DNA from: Podarcis cretensis
Taxonomy: Eukaryota
Reading direction: 5' to 3'
Length of the DNA: 64,000 bases
NCBI GenBank assembly: GCA_951804945.1
Contig: OX638158.1
Location: 31,620,001-31,684,000 of the forward strand
Positions 49,380 to 62,697 of the stretch are shown here, in pieces. The notes under the pieces are model-generated. The model saw only the letters and a list, made by a program, of their open reading frames with translations. It was not told the origin of the DNA and did not search any database. How positions within the stretch are numbered: position 1 is the stretch's first letter; every line of letters begins with the position of its first letter. The translations under genes were made by a program, and so were the position numbers.

Positions 49380-50393
49380 ATATATTTCAAAACAGACGTG
49401 ATGTGTGAACTGAGTCTTAGAGGTTTCTGTGGCAAGTCTAGGAAATCTTAATGACGTGTAACACTTCTGGGAGAAGGATATGCAGTTGAATTAAAGCTAA
49501 AACTTGTATTGCGATTGTCATGCGGTGGGGAGCTGGAATTTGCAAAAGCAATTGTTGTTTGAAGTGGGAGATCTGTAGGATAAAGTGTAGAGTTTCTTGG
49601 TGTACAGTGTCTTCAGCTTCCTGGCTATAAAATGGGAGTGGCTGACATACAAAGAGATGAAGCTATTGTATGGTTAGACCGAGCTGCTCTGAAATTATAG
49701 AGGTTGGTGCAACTTCAAAGAGTTCATGCACACAAACAAATATTAGACTCTTGTTATAAATCACTCATTTCATTCATGGTTGTTACATTGTTCCTGAGGG
49801 AGGAATTTTAGGAATTGTTTTAAGCACGGGGTTGGAATCAGAAAGCAAGGGGGAATTTTACTCCTAGGGTTGCATTGTTTAGTAGAAGAGGAATGAATGC
49901 CTCTTCTCTCTCAGATAAAAGGGAATTTCTGCTGGGATGTGCTGTATGGTTCCCACCTCTCAAAACAAGAAATAATTCATTTCCCCATGAGAACTGTTTT
50001 ATACAGATTTAATCAATTGAGTTATTGATTCACACAATTATGTATTTTATTGAGTTCATTTTATAAGGGCCTGCAAGGGGCGCCAGAGTAGCCGGGAACT
50101 GCAGTAGGGAAAGGAACTAGAGGAATGGAGGTGCAGAAAAGTAAACAGTCCGTAACATTCTTTGTCAGCAACGTACAAGAGTAACGTGAGAGACTTATAA
50201 GAAGCTTAGAGAAAGAAACTAGTCACACTGCACAGCTGGTCTTGTTTATTTCCCACTTTCTCCTTCATTTTACGCTTTGGGAGGAATAAAAGTACGTCAC
50301 ATTTCCGGAGAGTCACAAGGTGTCTGTATTCATTTCAGCTCCGGCATTGGGCTTGGAAGGAGGTGGCGCCGAGGGCTCGGTTTAACCAGATTT

Positions 50394-50580
50394 AAGAACA
50401 TAAAGAGAGCCCTGCTGGTTCAGACCAAAGACTACTTTGGAACAGCATCATGCTTCCCTCACTGGCTGAGTAGTTGCCCCTGGGAAGCCCACAAGCAGGA
50501 CATGAGCACAATAGTCCTCTTTCCTGCTCATGAGCCCCAGCAATTGGCAGGCAGACTAGATTCCTGCATTGTAAACAGAT
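50394..50580 (-). mobile_element. CR1 LINE 3' fragment
   Basis: TAAGAACATAA…CTGCTGG…CAGACCAAAG reverse-tail pattern; related pieces at ~31150-31370, ~33440-33690, ~34420-34500. Confidence 0.6.
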
Positions 50581-51539
50581 CCCCTCATCTTCAGATCCCA
50601 TCACATGACACGAGAACTAAAGTTGTGGGAAACACTAGTATGCAATCTTGGACTATACAGAGAGTGGCTACATTGCAGGGCTGTTGTAAATCAGCAGGTC
50701 AGCCTCAGCACCACCTCCAACTTGCTATTTTAAGAGCGTGCTGCATAACAGTGTGTGCTATGCCTCAGTCGCTGAGCTGCCCCAATTTGCAGCATGAGGA
50801 TAAACAATAGTGGATCACATTGCAAGGGATGTGGAGAGCCACCCTCTCTCAGCAACCCGCTTGCAATATAGGGATTTGCATTTTCAGCCCAGTCTTTTTA
50901 TAATCATAATAAAAAGTTTAATGCTGTTGTTGCTATTTATTTTTGAAACGCCTTTCCTATGGGTGCATTCTACAACCATAAAGTAAAACAACTAAAATAG
51001 GTTTAATAACAATACAAATATCAACCTAAAGAAATATTAACCCAGCTGGGAAAGCTTGTCCAAACAAGGGTGCCTTCCGTTGTTTTAGAAAACGAGAAGT
51101 AGCAGGCATGTGTCTTAGAGATGCTGTTTCAACAAGATGGGCAGCCTCACTCAAAAGCCCTGATTTGGGGTGCGATGTAGCAGGCTTATATTTTAGCAAA
51201 TCCAGGGAGAAAGCAGTAGCTGCTGTTGCATTATTTTATCATATTAATTTCGGACAAAATAAGATCAGAATTGGAAAACAAAATGAAAGCCATTCTTGAT
51301 TATATCTTTTCTCCCTTTGGGTGGAGTTGCACCGGACAGAGTGAGCTGCACAGTCACAGTTTAAACGCGGAAATCCTGGATTTTTCCATAGTTCTTTAAG
51401 GGCAGCCGTCACTTTTACCCCGCTGACAAGTAGTCCCGTTTTTAAAACAATAAGATCGGCTGCAATCCTAACCGTCTCTTCTCGGAAATAAGCCCTGCTA
51501 AATTCAAGGAGTTGCTCCCAGGAAAGTGGGTCAGGACTG

Positions 51540-52250
51540 CAGGCGGCAGCAGCAGCAGCTTCTCCCGCTTTGAATACCGACGCTTAGAGTCGAAGATTCT
51601 AGCGACTACAGTTCCCGTGATGCTCTGCGGCGTCGGCGTCACGGTCGTGGAGGGGCTTCGGTTGCTGCGCATGCGTCGTGGGTTCGGTAGGCGCTGACGG
51701 GAACTAGATGCGGGGAAGAAGTGGGGGAAGGCTGAAGCGGTGGACGAAGGTGAGCGTTTGGAGTCCGTATGGATGGGCGGGCGGGCGGGCGGGCGGGCAA
51801 GAGGGACGGGTTGCTGGTGGGTGGAGACAAGAGGGGAGCAGGCAAGGGGCTTCGCGTGGAGAGAGGAGGGGGAAGAAGGGGCAGGCGGGGACCCCCCGAG
51901 AACAGGCGTCCTGTTTGCGTGTGTGGACGGACGGAGTGGCTGAGGGTCAGCCCCCCCCCCCGCGTGGCCGACTGAGGGCCGGAGCCTTAAAAGAATTGCC
52001 CCTCCCCCCCCCCAGCCCAGGTGAAGGCAGGTGGAAGAGAGGTGGCCATAAATCAGGTGTGGGGGGGCGCTGACGGGTCACATGACGTAGATCTGGTTTG
52101 GGGAGACGGTTAGGGATCCCCGCACCTTTCGCCTTTCCTCCCCCCGCCTGCGAAATTAAGGTCTTGTCCCCGGGCTGGCCGTGAAGGAAACGCTGCCACT
52201 GTAAGTAGGAGAGACGCTGTTTCGTTGAAGCAAAGCAGTTGTGCCTGATA
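51540..52250 (+). promoter_or_regulatory. SGSM3: SGSM3 CpG-island promoter: ZNF143/THAP11 motif ACTACAGTTCCC (51605-51616), NRF1 TGCGCATGCG (51666-51675), GC-box run, E-box GTCACATGAC (52077-52086)
   Basis: CpG-rich block; motifs read directly from the sequence. Confidence 0.85.
51680..51749 (+). other. SGSM3: SGSM3 non-coding exon 1 (start approximate)
   Basis: Strong AAG|gtgagc donor just downstream of the promoter motifs. Confidence 0.6.
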
Positions 52251-52997
52251 GCAGACCATCTGGTCTAAATGGAAGCCGGCAGAAGGTGTCAGCGTTGTAT
52301 CTGCTTCTTCCTCTTCCAAAACTCAGCAGGCTAAGAAGGTGGTCACCAAAGTCTGGACTAGTTTATCCTTTATTGTTGAGGCTCACATGTCTTGTCATGC
52401 CTTTGTGATGGCCAGCTAAAATTCACAAAGTAGCCAGCAAGCTTTTACATCCTCCAGAAAAAGTGTTCTTCAGGCTAGCTTTTACCCAAAGTGGATAAGG
52501 AAAACGGTGTGAGGGGGGTGGGAAAGACATGATTTTAAAAGTCCCCAAATCTGCAGTTTGTAAGATGGAGGGTCAGGAAGGGTTATGCATGTTTAATTAG
52601 ATTAGAATGTGTTTTTCAGCTAGGACTTTCTAATCTAATTAAACTCTGAATAATGTTATTAAACTACAATGGATTTTGGATTCCCCCTCCGCAGATCAAC
52701 AGAGCAATCCATAGGTAAGGGGGGAAAGACAGTTAAATGTATGACCAGCTATAAATAGGTAACCCAATTTTCCTACTATTGACTTCTTATGTTATCAGTG
52801 TATTATACATGCTTCACTTTTGCCCTGCTCCTTTAAATAAGTGTGTGCTAACTAGTTTGTATTATTGAGAATATTATGTAGAGGAGACTAGAGTGATATT
52901 TGGTATGGGATACCTTTAAACAGAAATGGATTTTTAGCATTTCATAAGGGAAATATCTGCTGTTGCAACAAGGGCACATGTAACCTAGAATAATTCT

Positions 52998-53143
52998 TTT
53001 TTTTTTATAAGATATTTATTGAAATTTTCAAGAATAGTACAATGTAAAACAAAAAGAAAAGAAACAACAATAATACAAAAATACAAAAATAAAAACAATT
53101 AAAAACACATAGAATTTCCATTTACTTATTTTCTTTTAACTTA
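52998..53143 (-). mobile_element. Short 5'-truncated poly(A) retroposon (L1-like 3' end)
   Basis: Poly-T head, TTTATT, exact 12-bp TSD TAGAATAATTCT at 52986-52997 and 53144-53155. Confidence 0.8.
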
Positions 53144-55849
53144 TAGAATAATTCTATTGCATTCACACATGTCCCACTTGATGGCACTGTCAGGTGTCGC
53201 TTGACATAGAACATCCTGTGCAGTGCTTTTCTCTTCCCTCTAATTATCTCTCCCCTGTTTCTGAAGCTTTTTGTGTCCATCTATTAATACTTTCTTCTTC
53301 TAACATGTTTATATCCTATCCAATTTTTCTAGAAGGGTGTATGGAGAAACAAGGTTTCAATGAATACAACAGTCCATACAGCAAAATCTTCTATTCCTTT
53401 AGCACTGTACTGTGCACAGTGCTGTCCCAAATGCATATGCGGGTCAGTGTGTACTGGTGCTTTGAGGCAGGTTTTGTTTTGTCTTCCCCTCTCCCAACCA
53501 AATTCCTGTTTGTACATAACTACTTTGCTTGCCTAGGCTTTCCCCCCTTTTTGTGCCCTCCATTCACTATAATGACACTCTGGGATATCGCTAATCCTAT
53601 TACAAGTATGTAGCTTGAGGTTTAGAACTTGCCAGAATTGTACCCACATTATGAATTCTAATCAGTCTACTGGAAGAAAAAAAATCCAGATCAAGGATAT
53701 TGAATCTCAGAAGCTGTTGCTTCATCTGAGTTTCATTATCTTAAGTTACACTGATTACCTAAACTAATGCCAGGTGCTGTTGTAGATGGCAGTTTCATTT
53801 TATAAAAAGGGCATGCTCCTTCATCTGGAGTGATACCAGTATTTTTCAATATTTCATTGAAAGATTAATTGTTGTGCTTTGATGACTCACAGGACCACAC
53901 TGCAGTTTTCTGACTCATTTCCCCCCCTCAAAGCATTCATGATTAGATTTGTTTGTTTGTTTCCTTGCATGTTCCCTGTTCATTTTTTGTTTCCCTTTCT
54001 TTCAACTTTTCTAGTTCTCAGTCCTGTAATGTGATCTGTTTTCTCCTTTGAAGTAGCTGATTTCTTGCAAGTGACCAAATCATGTGATCTTTCAGTTCTA
54101 ACAGACCGACCCTATGCCTGTTTATCCAGTAATAAGTCCTAGTGAGTTCAGCTGGACTTGCTGTTAAATTAACTGTATCATAACAGCTGTTCTTTATTCT
54201 GTGTGACTTACTTCCAAGTAAATGTAGACTTGCTATGCTACATACAGTTAGGCTGCAGTCCTAATCCCACTTAAATGGGAGTATGCCCTACTAAATTCAA
54301 TTGTACTTACTTCTGAGTAGACCTGGTTAGGTTTGGGACTAAGCTCATAGAACCCGATAGGATTTATTTTTGAGTAACCATGCATGGAAGTGTTCTGTAT
54401 TGATGTATTCCTTGCCTTAAGAGCTGCTTACGATAGAATCTAGTGTTGTGCACTCTCACAATGCAACTTGCCCTTCCTCTTTTCTCCACTGCGCCCCCTA
54501 CACTAAACTGCTCTGGAGGGTTAGGGGATGCTCTTAAGCAGATTTGGAACTCATAGTGGACTGCAGGGGCAATGGGAGGAAGGGGAGGTGTCTCTTGGCA
54601 CAAGTGAAGTTTGTTCCACTTGTACATGCACAACATTGGGCTCAACTCTGTGCCTTGGATAAGGGTTAATTTCAGGGGTTCCTAGAATTAGAATAAACAT
54701 AGGCTTTTATAAAAGCCTTCCTTAAGTAAGAAAACTAGAGAAGTGAAAACGCATTGGAGTCTGAGGGACACAAACATCTCAGTTTATATGAGAAAGTTCT
54801 TCTGAAGTGGTGTATTTTTGGTATTTCCAAAATACCAAGGGTAGTTGATTTTCAGCAATTGCTGTAGTTTCTTTTGATCACAGAATTACAACTTTCTGTT
54901 TAATTATCCCGTTTTACTTTGCAACAGTCTATTGTAGTGATGTGTGAGGCAATATATTATTGTCCAGGTAACAAGGCAAAAAGTCATGTAATGTTTGGGA
55001 CTGAACATCCGTGAGTCATTGAAGGTGCCAAAAGTCTCTTTGCAGGAGTTAGGGATGTTTGACTTTCAGCATTTCTCACTTGGGGACATGTTACATGTGG
55101 GATTCTGTAGAGTTAAATATGAAAACATGTTCAGCAATCCACATTGGTTTTGTCCCTTTAAAACTGCATACAAAATCCCTTACGCACTGTAACTAGCATG
55201 TTGCTTTAATAAACCCTCAGGAAAAAATATTCATTTAACAAATCAAACCACAACAGATGTTCTCCTGATCTTGCCCTTACCTCTCTTATCTGTTACTGCC
55301 CTGTTGCAGGTGTGTATGCTTTACCTAGAATTGGCATTAATTCTTCAAGTTAATATTTGATTTCTGAATGGGGAGGAGCTCTTCTTAGCTTCTACTAAAC
55401 AATAGAGAAGTAGACATTCATGACAGATGGGATAAGAATAGGTATAAGGAGTGGCCTTAACACTTCCTTCAGTTGACATAACCTTTCCTTTTTCACCATG
55501 CTACGTAGCTTGAGTTTTTACAAATTCCACGTGTCATGTTGAACAACTTTTATTGTTTGCATGGGCCTAGCTCACTCTAGGAAACACCTAAGACTGAGGG
55601 CTATTAAAATGTTAATCTATAGTGAATCAGTTGCTTCCCTCTCATGTCTATATTTTAATACCTTTTTAAGAGCTATATGAGGTATTTTTAAATAAATATT
55701 TCATCTAATAAACTAACTGTAAAATTACATAAAATGGCTACAAAATCTAAACAACCACCAGCTTTATAACATCAATAGTTTTTGCTTTCACAAACATTGC
55801 TTGTGTTCTGGTACCCCTGGCATCAGGCAAATCAGTTGTGACTTTATTT

Positions 55850-56400
55850 CTGTATTTATTGCTCTATTACTAATGCGTTTTATATGTTTGTCTTGGCCAT
55901 TCTTTCACTAACATTTTTTGGTCACATTTACAAATGTTTGCAAGAATTTTGGATTCTGCTAATAATTTGTCAAGCATTGCTCTTTAAAAATTAAAATTTC
56001 TTCAATTCTTCAGCAAAATAACCTCTATAGTAAACTCCAAAACATATCTTATACATTCCTTGATAACTCCTGGAAGATATTTCCAATATATTGTATTACT
56101 TTGTCACCAAATATATAAGAATTCTGCTAGTTTGCAGCGCTAATTTTGTTGCCTTCTAGGATCTCCCCTCCCGCATTCTGAAAGTGTAGCAAGAATGAAA
56201 GAACTTAATATTTGGTACTCTTTGCTTAAAATGTGTCTCGAAGTTCTCTTGATTGAAAGGTACTCATCACATGACAGGGCCTTGTCGGCAGTCTCTGTAG
56301 GCAGAGTACTTGCTGGAGCTCTTGTAATGCCACTTGTTATTCTTTGTTTAATAAACAACGTTGGTTTACCTTGGGTTTACCTCTTGGTTAAATAATATGT
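55850..56400 (+). mobile_element. Degenerate L1-like ORF2 3' fragment
   Basis: Decayed H/I-FW…FW pattern of the L1 C-terminal Cys-rich region. Confidence 0.4.
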
Positions 56401-57559
56401 TTATAGCAGTACAGTAGTGCAGACTAATTATGAGTTGCTCTGGGCTCTTGTTCACCTGAATAAAATGTCGTTGCAGAAGTGCATTTAGGTATGTGATGGC
56501 GCTTAAATAAGTAGGAACACATTGGGTAATAAATAACCAACTAAGTCATATTTATGTAAACCTAAACTGAGTGATTATCACTAACATTGGATATCACCTG
56601 TTGACATTAATGTCCAGCCATGTGAAGGATTTTTAATGGAGTGACCTGATATTTATCTTTGTAGAGAGTTGAGATAACATTAATGTTGTTCCTTTGTTTT
56701 TTCAGCTCTGAAAAGCAGCACTAAATATTTAATAGACTTATGAAAACCATCAATATTATTTTTACAGGTAGAAGCTTAATAGAACAGCTCTGCTTGAGAA
56801 AGGAGTTTAGTTTAGTATAAGACTGACACCTTTGTTCTATAAACCCTAGATCTCTGGCTTGGTTCCCATAACATAGTGTCCTCCTTCCTTGCATCCCAAT
56901 TTATGGCCCCTTTCTGGTCACCAGGTGTGATTCATCCACCCTCTTTTGCAACTTTCCTTTAGCAGTGCTGTGTTTGCCTGCATCTCTTCCTCTTTGTCAG
57001 GTCTTGAAAGCAGTTGCTAAGGAATGCTCCATAGCAACCAAAGGCAGGAAAAACCTGCCCACCTAGTTCAGTTTATTTAATATTCATCTATTTATGAATA
57101 AGTTTAGTGAGCTGTGCAGGGGTGGGAGGGAATAGGTAGGAGGAGTGGGCTGGTGATCACGCAACACATTAGACATGGCTGCGTATTATTTGAGAGGAGA
57201 AAGAAATTCTCACATAACTGCCTTTGTTACCTTAGTCTGAAAAGGACCTTGGCAATATGACTTTCTCCAATACATATTGTCTTTCACATTCCATGTTGGA
57301 GTACTCTTGTCTGTGACAATGAATTTGTTAGCAATCCTAACCCCACAAACCTGGGAGTAAGCCTCATTGAATTCTGTAAGACTTACTTCTGAGTAGACAT
57401 CTGAGTATTGTATCTATTTCGATACACTATTCTCTGCAAAAGTTACAGGGCAGTTTATAACAGGCAAATTGATAACGCAATGCATAAAACCCATAAAATA
57501 ACACAATCCACATAAGCACATAACAAATCACTGTAGTGCAATTGCTAATAGCAGCAGCA

Positions 57560-58030
57560 ATCAGGTCCTTCCCTCTTCAGGCACCTGCTAAAAAAGGTGC
57601 AGCTGAACTATCTGCCAAAGGTGAGGCCAAATGCACCTTGAAAGGGAGGGAACTCAACATAAAAGGAGCTGCCACTGCAAATGCCTTTTTCCACATACCT
57701 CGTCCTGAGAAGAGACCACCACAAGGACTCATCTGCTGATCTTGAAACATGGGCAAGCTATTATTCAAGAAGGCATTCTTGCAGATATCTGTGTCCCAAG
57801 CTGTTTAGAGCTTGCCTGGTGCCCTCATTACATATCTTTAGGTGCCAGGCGAAAACATTTCTCTATAACCAGGCCGTTGGCTGATTAACATTCCATGGCC
57901 TTTTAAATGTGTGTGTGGGATGGGGATTATGGATTTTTTGTTCGGTTTTTGTTTTATTATGTATTTTGCGCTCTCATTTTGTATTTCTATGCTATGATCT
58001 TCAGATGAAAGGCAGTATACAAATTTGATG
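57560..58030. mobile_element. L2 LINE fragments, opposite orientations joined near 57810
   Basis: Recognisable L2 ORF2 and 3'UTR wording. Confidence 0.5.
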
Positions 58031-59094
58031 ATAATAGATCTTCATAGGAGTGAAAAAGTGTCTCTGTATATGAATTAGGACTGAGCAAAAAAATTCCATC
58101 CAACATTGGTTTAATTCTCTGCAGGTTTTTTTAAAAAAAACTTTTTAAATGATGTTTCCGACAGTCACCTCAAAACTTTAGATAGTTTTCTTCCATGTTC
58201 TAGATACTGCTCAGGAACCATGCAGGCAGCCCCAAAATGCAGCAGAGCCAAGGATTAGTAGAATGCTGCAAAATTGATTTGTGAACAAGATAGTCTAGGC
58301 AGCCTTGGACTACCATATTATTTATATTATTTATAATTTATGTAGTTCTTTGAACATATAGGCTGCTCTAGAATTTTTTTCTCATTCTTGCCTTGGAATA
58401 GTTCCTTGAGATTTCCTGGTCTGAAAAATGGGAATCAAGCCCAAGAGTAACTAGGCCACCATACAAATCCCTTAGTGACCAAGAGGTCTTCCAATGTAAC
58501 AACATTTTGATATTGTATTCAAGTTGTGAGGAAATGCAACTTCTCAAGAAAGTGATTTTCACTTCTTGCTGCTACTCAGAGTGAAAGTGACAGGTGAGAA
58601 AACTGTATTGAGAAAGTATGTTCAAGTATTGAGAAACTTGAACAGGTTTTCAAATTTAGAAACAAAAGAATTGTCACCTGCTCATCTTTGTGAAGGTCTC
58701 TTTGACTTGTTTCTTGCAGTAGCCTCCAACGTGGAGATTCTGAACCATTTCAGTCCCGGCAATGTCTGCTTTTGCCTGGGGAAAGCAACAAGCAGTGAAC
58801 CTCTGAGGCCTACTGTGTCAGGTTTGTGTTTATATTCAATAGTAAACACCAGTAATGGGGAACTATTGACCCCCCAGGTGATGTAGGACTGCACCTCCCA
58901 TAATTCCTAGCCATTGGTTGCAACTGTTGGGAGCTGAGGTCCAGCAGTGTATGGAGGGCCACAGGTTTCCACGCCTGGCATATACCAACTACTAGCTGTC
59001 AAGGGAAACCTGTGTAGGGAACTCCATGTATTATTTTTACAGAGACAGTCAATGGTGTTAACATTTCTCTGGAAAGTTTGGAGTTGAAAATCTA

Positions 59095-59200
59095 AAGGCA
59101 GCCCTGTATCGGAATTTTTAATGTCTAATGTTTTACATTTTTTGTGTGTTGTAAGCTGCCCAGAATGGCTGGGGAGACCCAGACAGATGGGCAGGGTATA

Positions 59201-59233
<33 letters not shown>

Positions 59234-59235
59234 TA
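59095..59235 (+). mobile_element. L2-type 3' end with (ATT)n tail
   Basis: TGTAAGCTGCCCAGA…GATGGGCAGGGTATAA + ATT microsatellite; similar element at ~63010-63136. Confidence 0.65.
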
Positions 59236-60270
59236 TTAAGAAATGGACATACAGTGTCATGGTGATTCCCTTAGCTAGACTTGTGTAGCTGAATCGTTAA
59301 ATTAAATGCTACCATATCCTGCTTGTTGATACTTCCATCTTCATGCTTTAATTATAGGAAGCTATACTCATTCTGTTACTTTTAATTTAAAGCTTAACAT
59401 TTAGACCTGCCCCATAATGCTGGAAAACTACACCAGTGGCAGTTTAAGTGCTAGGACAAACATAATGCAAGATCAGACATAATCTGTGCTAGGACAAACA
59501 TATACATGTAGGCCCTGCTATCTGTACACTTGCTATCTTAAAATCACTTATCTACATACAAAGAATTATGCCCAAACTTCGTTATATGCACTGCAGATTC
59601 AGATATCCGAACATTTGGCTTCCTTATTTCCTTGTTTGTGCTTTGCTGTCTGGAGGTAGCCGTTTTCAGACAGAAACCATGGACAGAGGGAGATGGGAGC
59701 AGGAGAGACTGGATAAATTTGTTTGTTCTTGTCTCTTTTTTGCTGATGGACTGCAGCCATTTCAGGAAGAAACTGTGGAGAGATGGTGGAAAGAGATATG
59801 ACACATCCTGCATTAGAAATATTTCCAAAAGAAATAATGTAAATCGTGGACTTGTTATGCGAACTCGCCTAAAAAACAGTTTCCAAGGAACACATTGCCT
59901 TTGATAAGTGGGGTGTGCATGTACATATTATACTAACCTAAATGCGAACATGTCCAGGATTATTCTGTAAAGATAGCTGAGCAGACATTTGAAGTCCAAT
60001 ACTTCATCTCCTACACTTGAATGTCTTCCTTTATATGTTGACTCCTGACATACGAGTTACTCTTAGAACATAGAAATAAGTTTATTTGGTAGGGATTGAT
60101 TTAACTAGTGTTCTAGGCTCTGTGAATCAACTATACTTGTTATGCATAGTTTGTTGGTCCCAAGATTAATTGCTTTATTCTTTCTATATTATGCCTGCAT
60201 CTATGTTGTAACAGGGCAGTGACCTTCTGAAGAGTAAAATAGCCACCATTGCCCACGTTCCACTGCCACC

Positions 60271-60277
60271 ATGTCAG
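60271..60277 (+). CDS. SGSM3: SGSM3 start (ATG TCA G) at the end of exon 2 (60215-60277)
   Basis: GCCACCATG context, CAG|gtaagc donor; joins to give MSGSCTP…. Confidence 0.9.
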
Positions 60278-61355
60278 GTAAGCCCATAATCAATCAGTAG
60301 TAATTTTGATACTTTATCAAAATCCTTCCAATTTTAAGAAAAGACCAAGCCAACCATACCAGTGTTGTTAACTTTATTCCAGTTAGCTACATGTGTCATG
60401 TAGTGTTTTGAAACTTCAGAGAGTCAGGCTGCTCATCAGATTGGACACATAGAATCACAGGCATCTTTTCCCTTACTTTTCTCTAGCTCTCAGACAGAAA
60501 ACTCAGTTAACACTACCATATTTACAAGAACAGAATATGTAAATCACTGGCTTGATTCAGATTTTTGAGTGGAAGTCCATTTCCCACCTTTTCCTCCCCA
60601 TTGCAGTCCCTTTTGCCCCCCAAAGCTGCTCAGGAGGGATGGAGTATGGGAGAGTGCAGTAGATGGGGGAATGCGCAGTGAGGAAGAAACTTGAATGTCT
60701 CAGTGGTTGGATTCTTGCAGTTTCTCCCCTCCTGCTGTGTTCTGTACTCCCTCCTGTGCCATTCTGAAGGTATCCCTAACCCTCACAAGCAGCTTTTTGG
60801 GATGGGTCAGAAAATAAAGGGGAACAAAGGCCCCATAGTATGAGTAGCTTTACTGCTTGCAGAAAGTCTGGGTCTGAGCAAAGATCTCTAGCAAGGCCAT
60901 GACTGGTTTACAATGCCCCTAACTAATACATTAGGAATACTTTCCTAGTTGCCAATAAAAGAAGGCAATAAAAAGCTGTGCTGAAATAAGCGCATTTAGA
61001 ATTTAGCACTTCAAAGGTTTGAGAAGAATTGGGGTTCACATGGTATATTCAGAGGAATTTTCCATCTGTTCCCCCCACCCCTTCTAGAACAATAGTTATT
61101 CCCATGCTTGTGAAAAATGAATTTAATCCTACCTACATATCTGAGTTACTTGGGCTATCCTGCATAATTCAGTTGCTTTTCCATGTTTCCATGTGTCCAC
61201 AGTTTGCTTATGGTGATTTCTGGACTTTTAATAGCACAAAACTGGGGACAGTCTTGTGAAGTGTTTTAGGACTGGCTAATCACAGAAGTGTTAGTGTGAC
61301 TTTCCTGTCCCTTGTGTTCCATTGTTGTGTATGTTTGTAATGTTTTTACATATAG

Positions 61356-61441
61356 GAAGCTGTACCCCTACTGCTGGTGGGCCCTTCTCTGCTCTCACAC
61401 CCAGCATATGGCCTCAGGAGATCTTGGCCAAATATGCCCAG
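61356..61441 (+). CDS. SGSM3: SGSM3 exon ([28 protein letters not shown])
   Basis: [16 protein letters not shown] motif of SGSM3/RUTBC3; AG/GT boundaries. Confidence 0.95.
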
Positions 61442-62630
61442 GTACTACTATAAGACAAAGTAATAAATATTGCACCTAATTTCTCTTTCGTTGTTGAATA
61501 GTAAACAGTAGTGTACATTATAAATGTTTGTATGTGTCTTCAAGTACCCTTCTAGGCATTTGTGGCATTTAATTGCTGTGTCAGCAGCTGCATTCATTCT
61601 AGCATGAATGGAGCTCTCAGGTAAATTGGCACTGCTGGCAAAATCTGATATAGAGCCTGACTCTAATAGTTTATTAGCTGGTAACCTAAACACAAATTAT
61701 GTCTGATCTTGCATTATGTCTTACATTTGGGTAAAGAAGCCAGGGTATAAAATACTTCTGAGGGCTGTGTATACCCTTTTAAAAAGACTGGGTAGTGGAA
61801 GCCACGCTCTTGAGACCTTGCCAAAGGTTTCACACATGAATAGCCTATAAATTTAATTAGAAGTGCATGTGCCTGGCACAACATATAAAATGAAAAATCA
61901 GCTGTAAAACATAAAGGCTGCCAGTAAGGAACCCTTACACTGATAAAATAAATAGGCAGCTGCTTGCATGATAGGCACTGTTATATGTACAACTGCTTGG
62001 TGATGCTCAAAACTCGCATTCAAGGACAACAGGGTTAGGCTGACAAATGTTTTCTGGGGCCATCTGGATTAACAGCAATCCCCAGGTTGAATCAGGAATT
62101 GTGTGGTAGATCTTTACATCCAAAAGAAATTGGGACTGCTTTGGTACTAATCTTAGCATGTTAGAATTTGGAACAATATTGTGCTTAAGTGGTTTAAACA
62201 GTACAGAATTCGAAGTATTAATTGTGTCTAGACTAGAAAAGTAGTTGTGACAAGCATTGCTAAGGATGCACACACATGGAGAAGCATAAATGGGAGCAGT
62301 GTTTCCTGTGCATACAGTATATGTACACATAGAATAATATGTAGACTGAGGCAATGAGTGACCAAATCATCAGTCTGTAGGATTTTGATGCCTTTTAAAT
62401 AATGAGAAGGGGTTAAGGTTGGGAGAAGCAAGGCAAAAAATCTCCAATGGAAATATCTTCCCAACATGTTCTTCCTAGATTTACTGTGGAAGTTATTTAT
62501 ATAGGCTATAAGAGTACAGCACAAATGCATAGAGTGCTCCCAATTTTATTTTGGATGCCTGCAGTGTGTAAAAGTGTTGTACCACCTAGTGGCAAAGAAT
62601 GGAAAGCAATTCTTTTCTTCGGTTTTCCAG

Positions 62631-62697
62631 AAAGAAGAATCTGTTGAACAGCCAGAGTTCCGGTATGATGAATTTGGTTTCCGGGTAGACAAAGAAG
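62631..62697 (+). CDS. SGSM3: SGSM3 exon (KEESVEQPEFRYDEFGFRVDKE), GC donor
   Basis: ttccag acceptor; AAG|gcaagg donor gives the phase 1 needed by the next exon. Confidence 0.88.

Noticed and set aside
50277-50810. 177-aa ORF between ADSL and SGSM3
   Set aside because: TTG start, runs through an antisense CR1 fragment, no recognisable motif
51442-52319. ORFs across the SGSM3 promoter
   Set aside because: GC-rich low-complexity translations, mostly non-ATG starts, no recognisable domain
59447-59503. Repeated GTGCTAGGACAAACATA
   Set aside because: Small local duplication in an intron with no further structure
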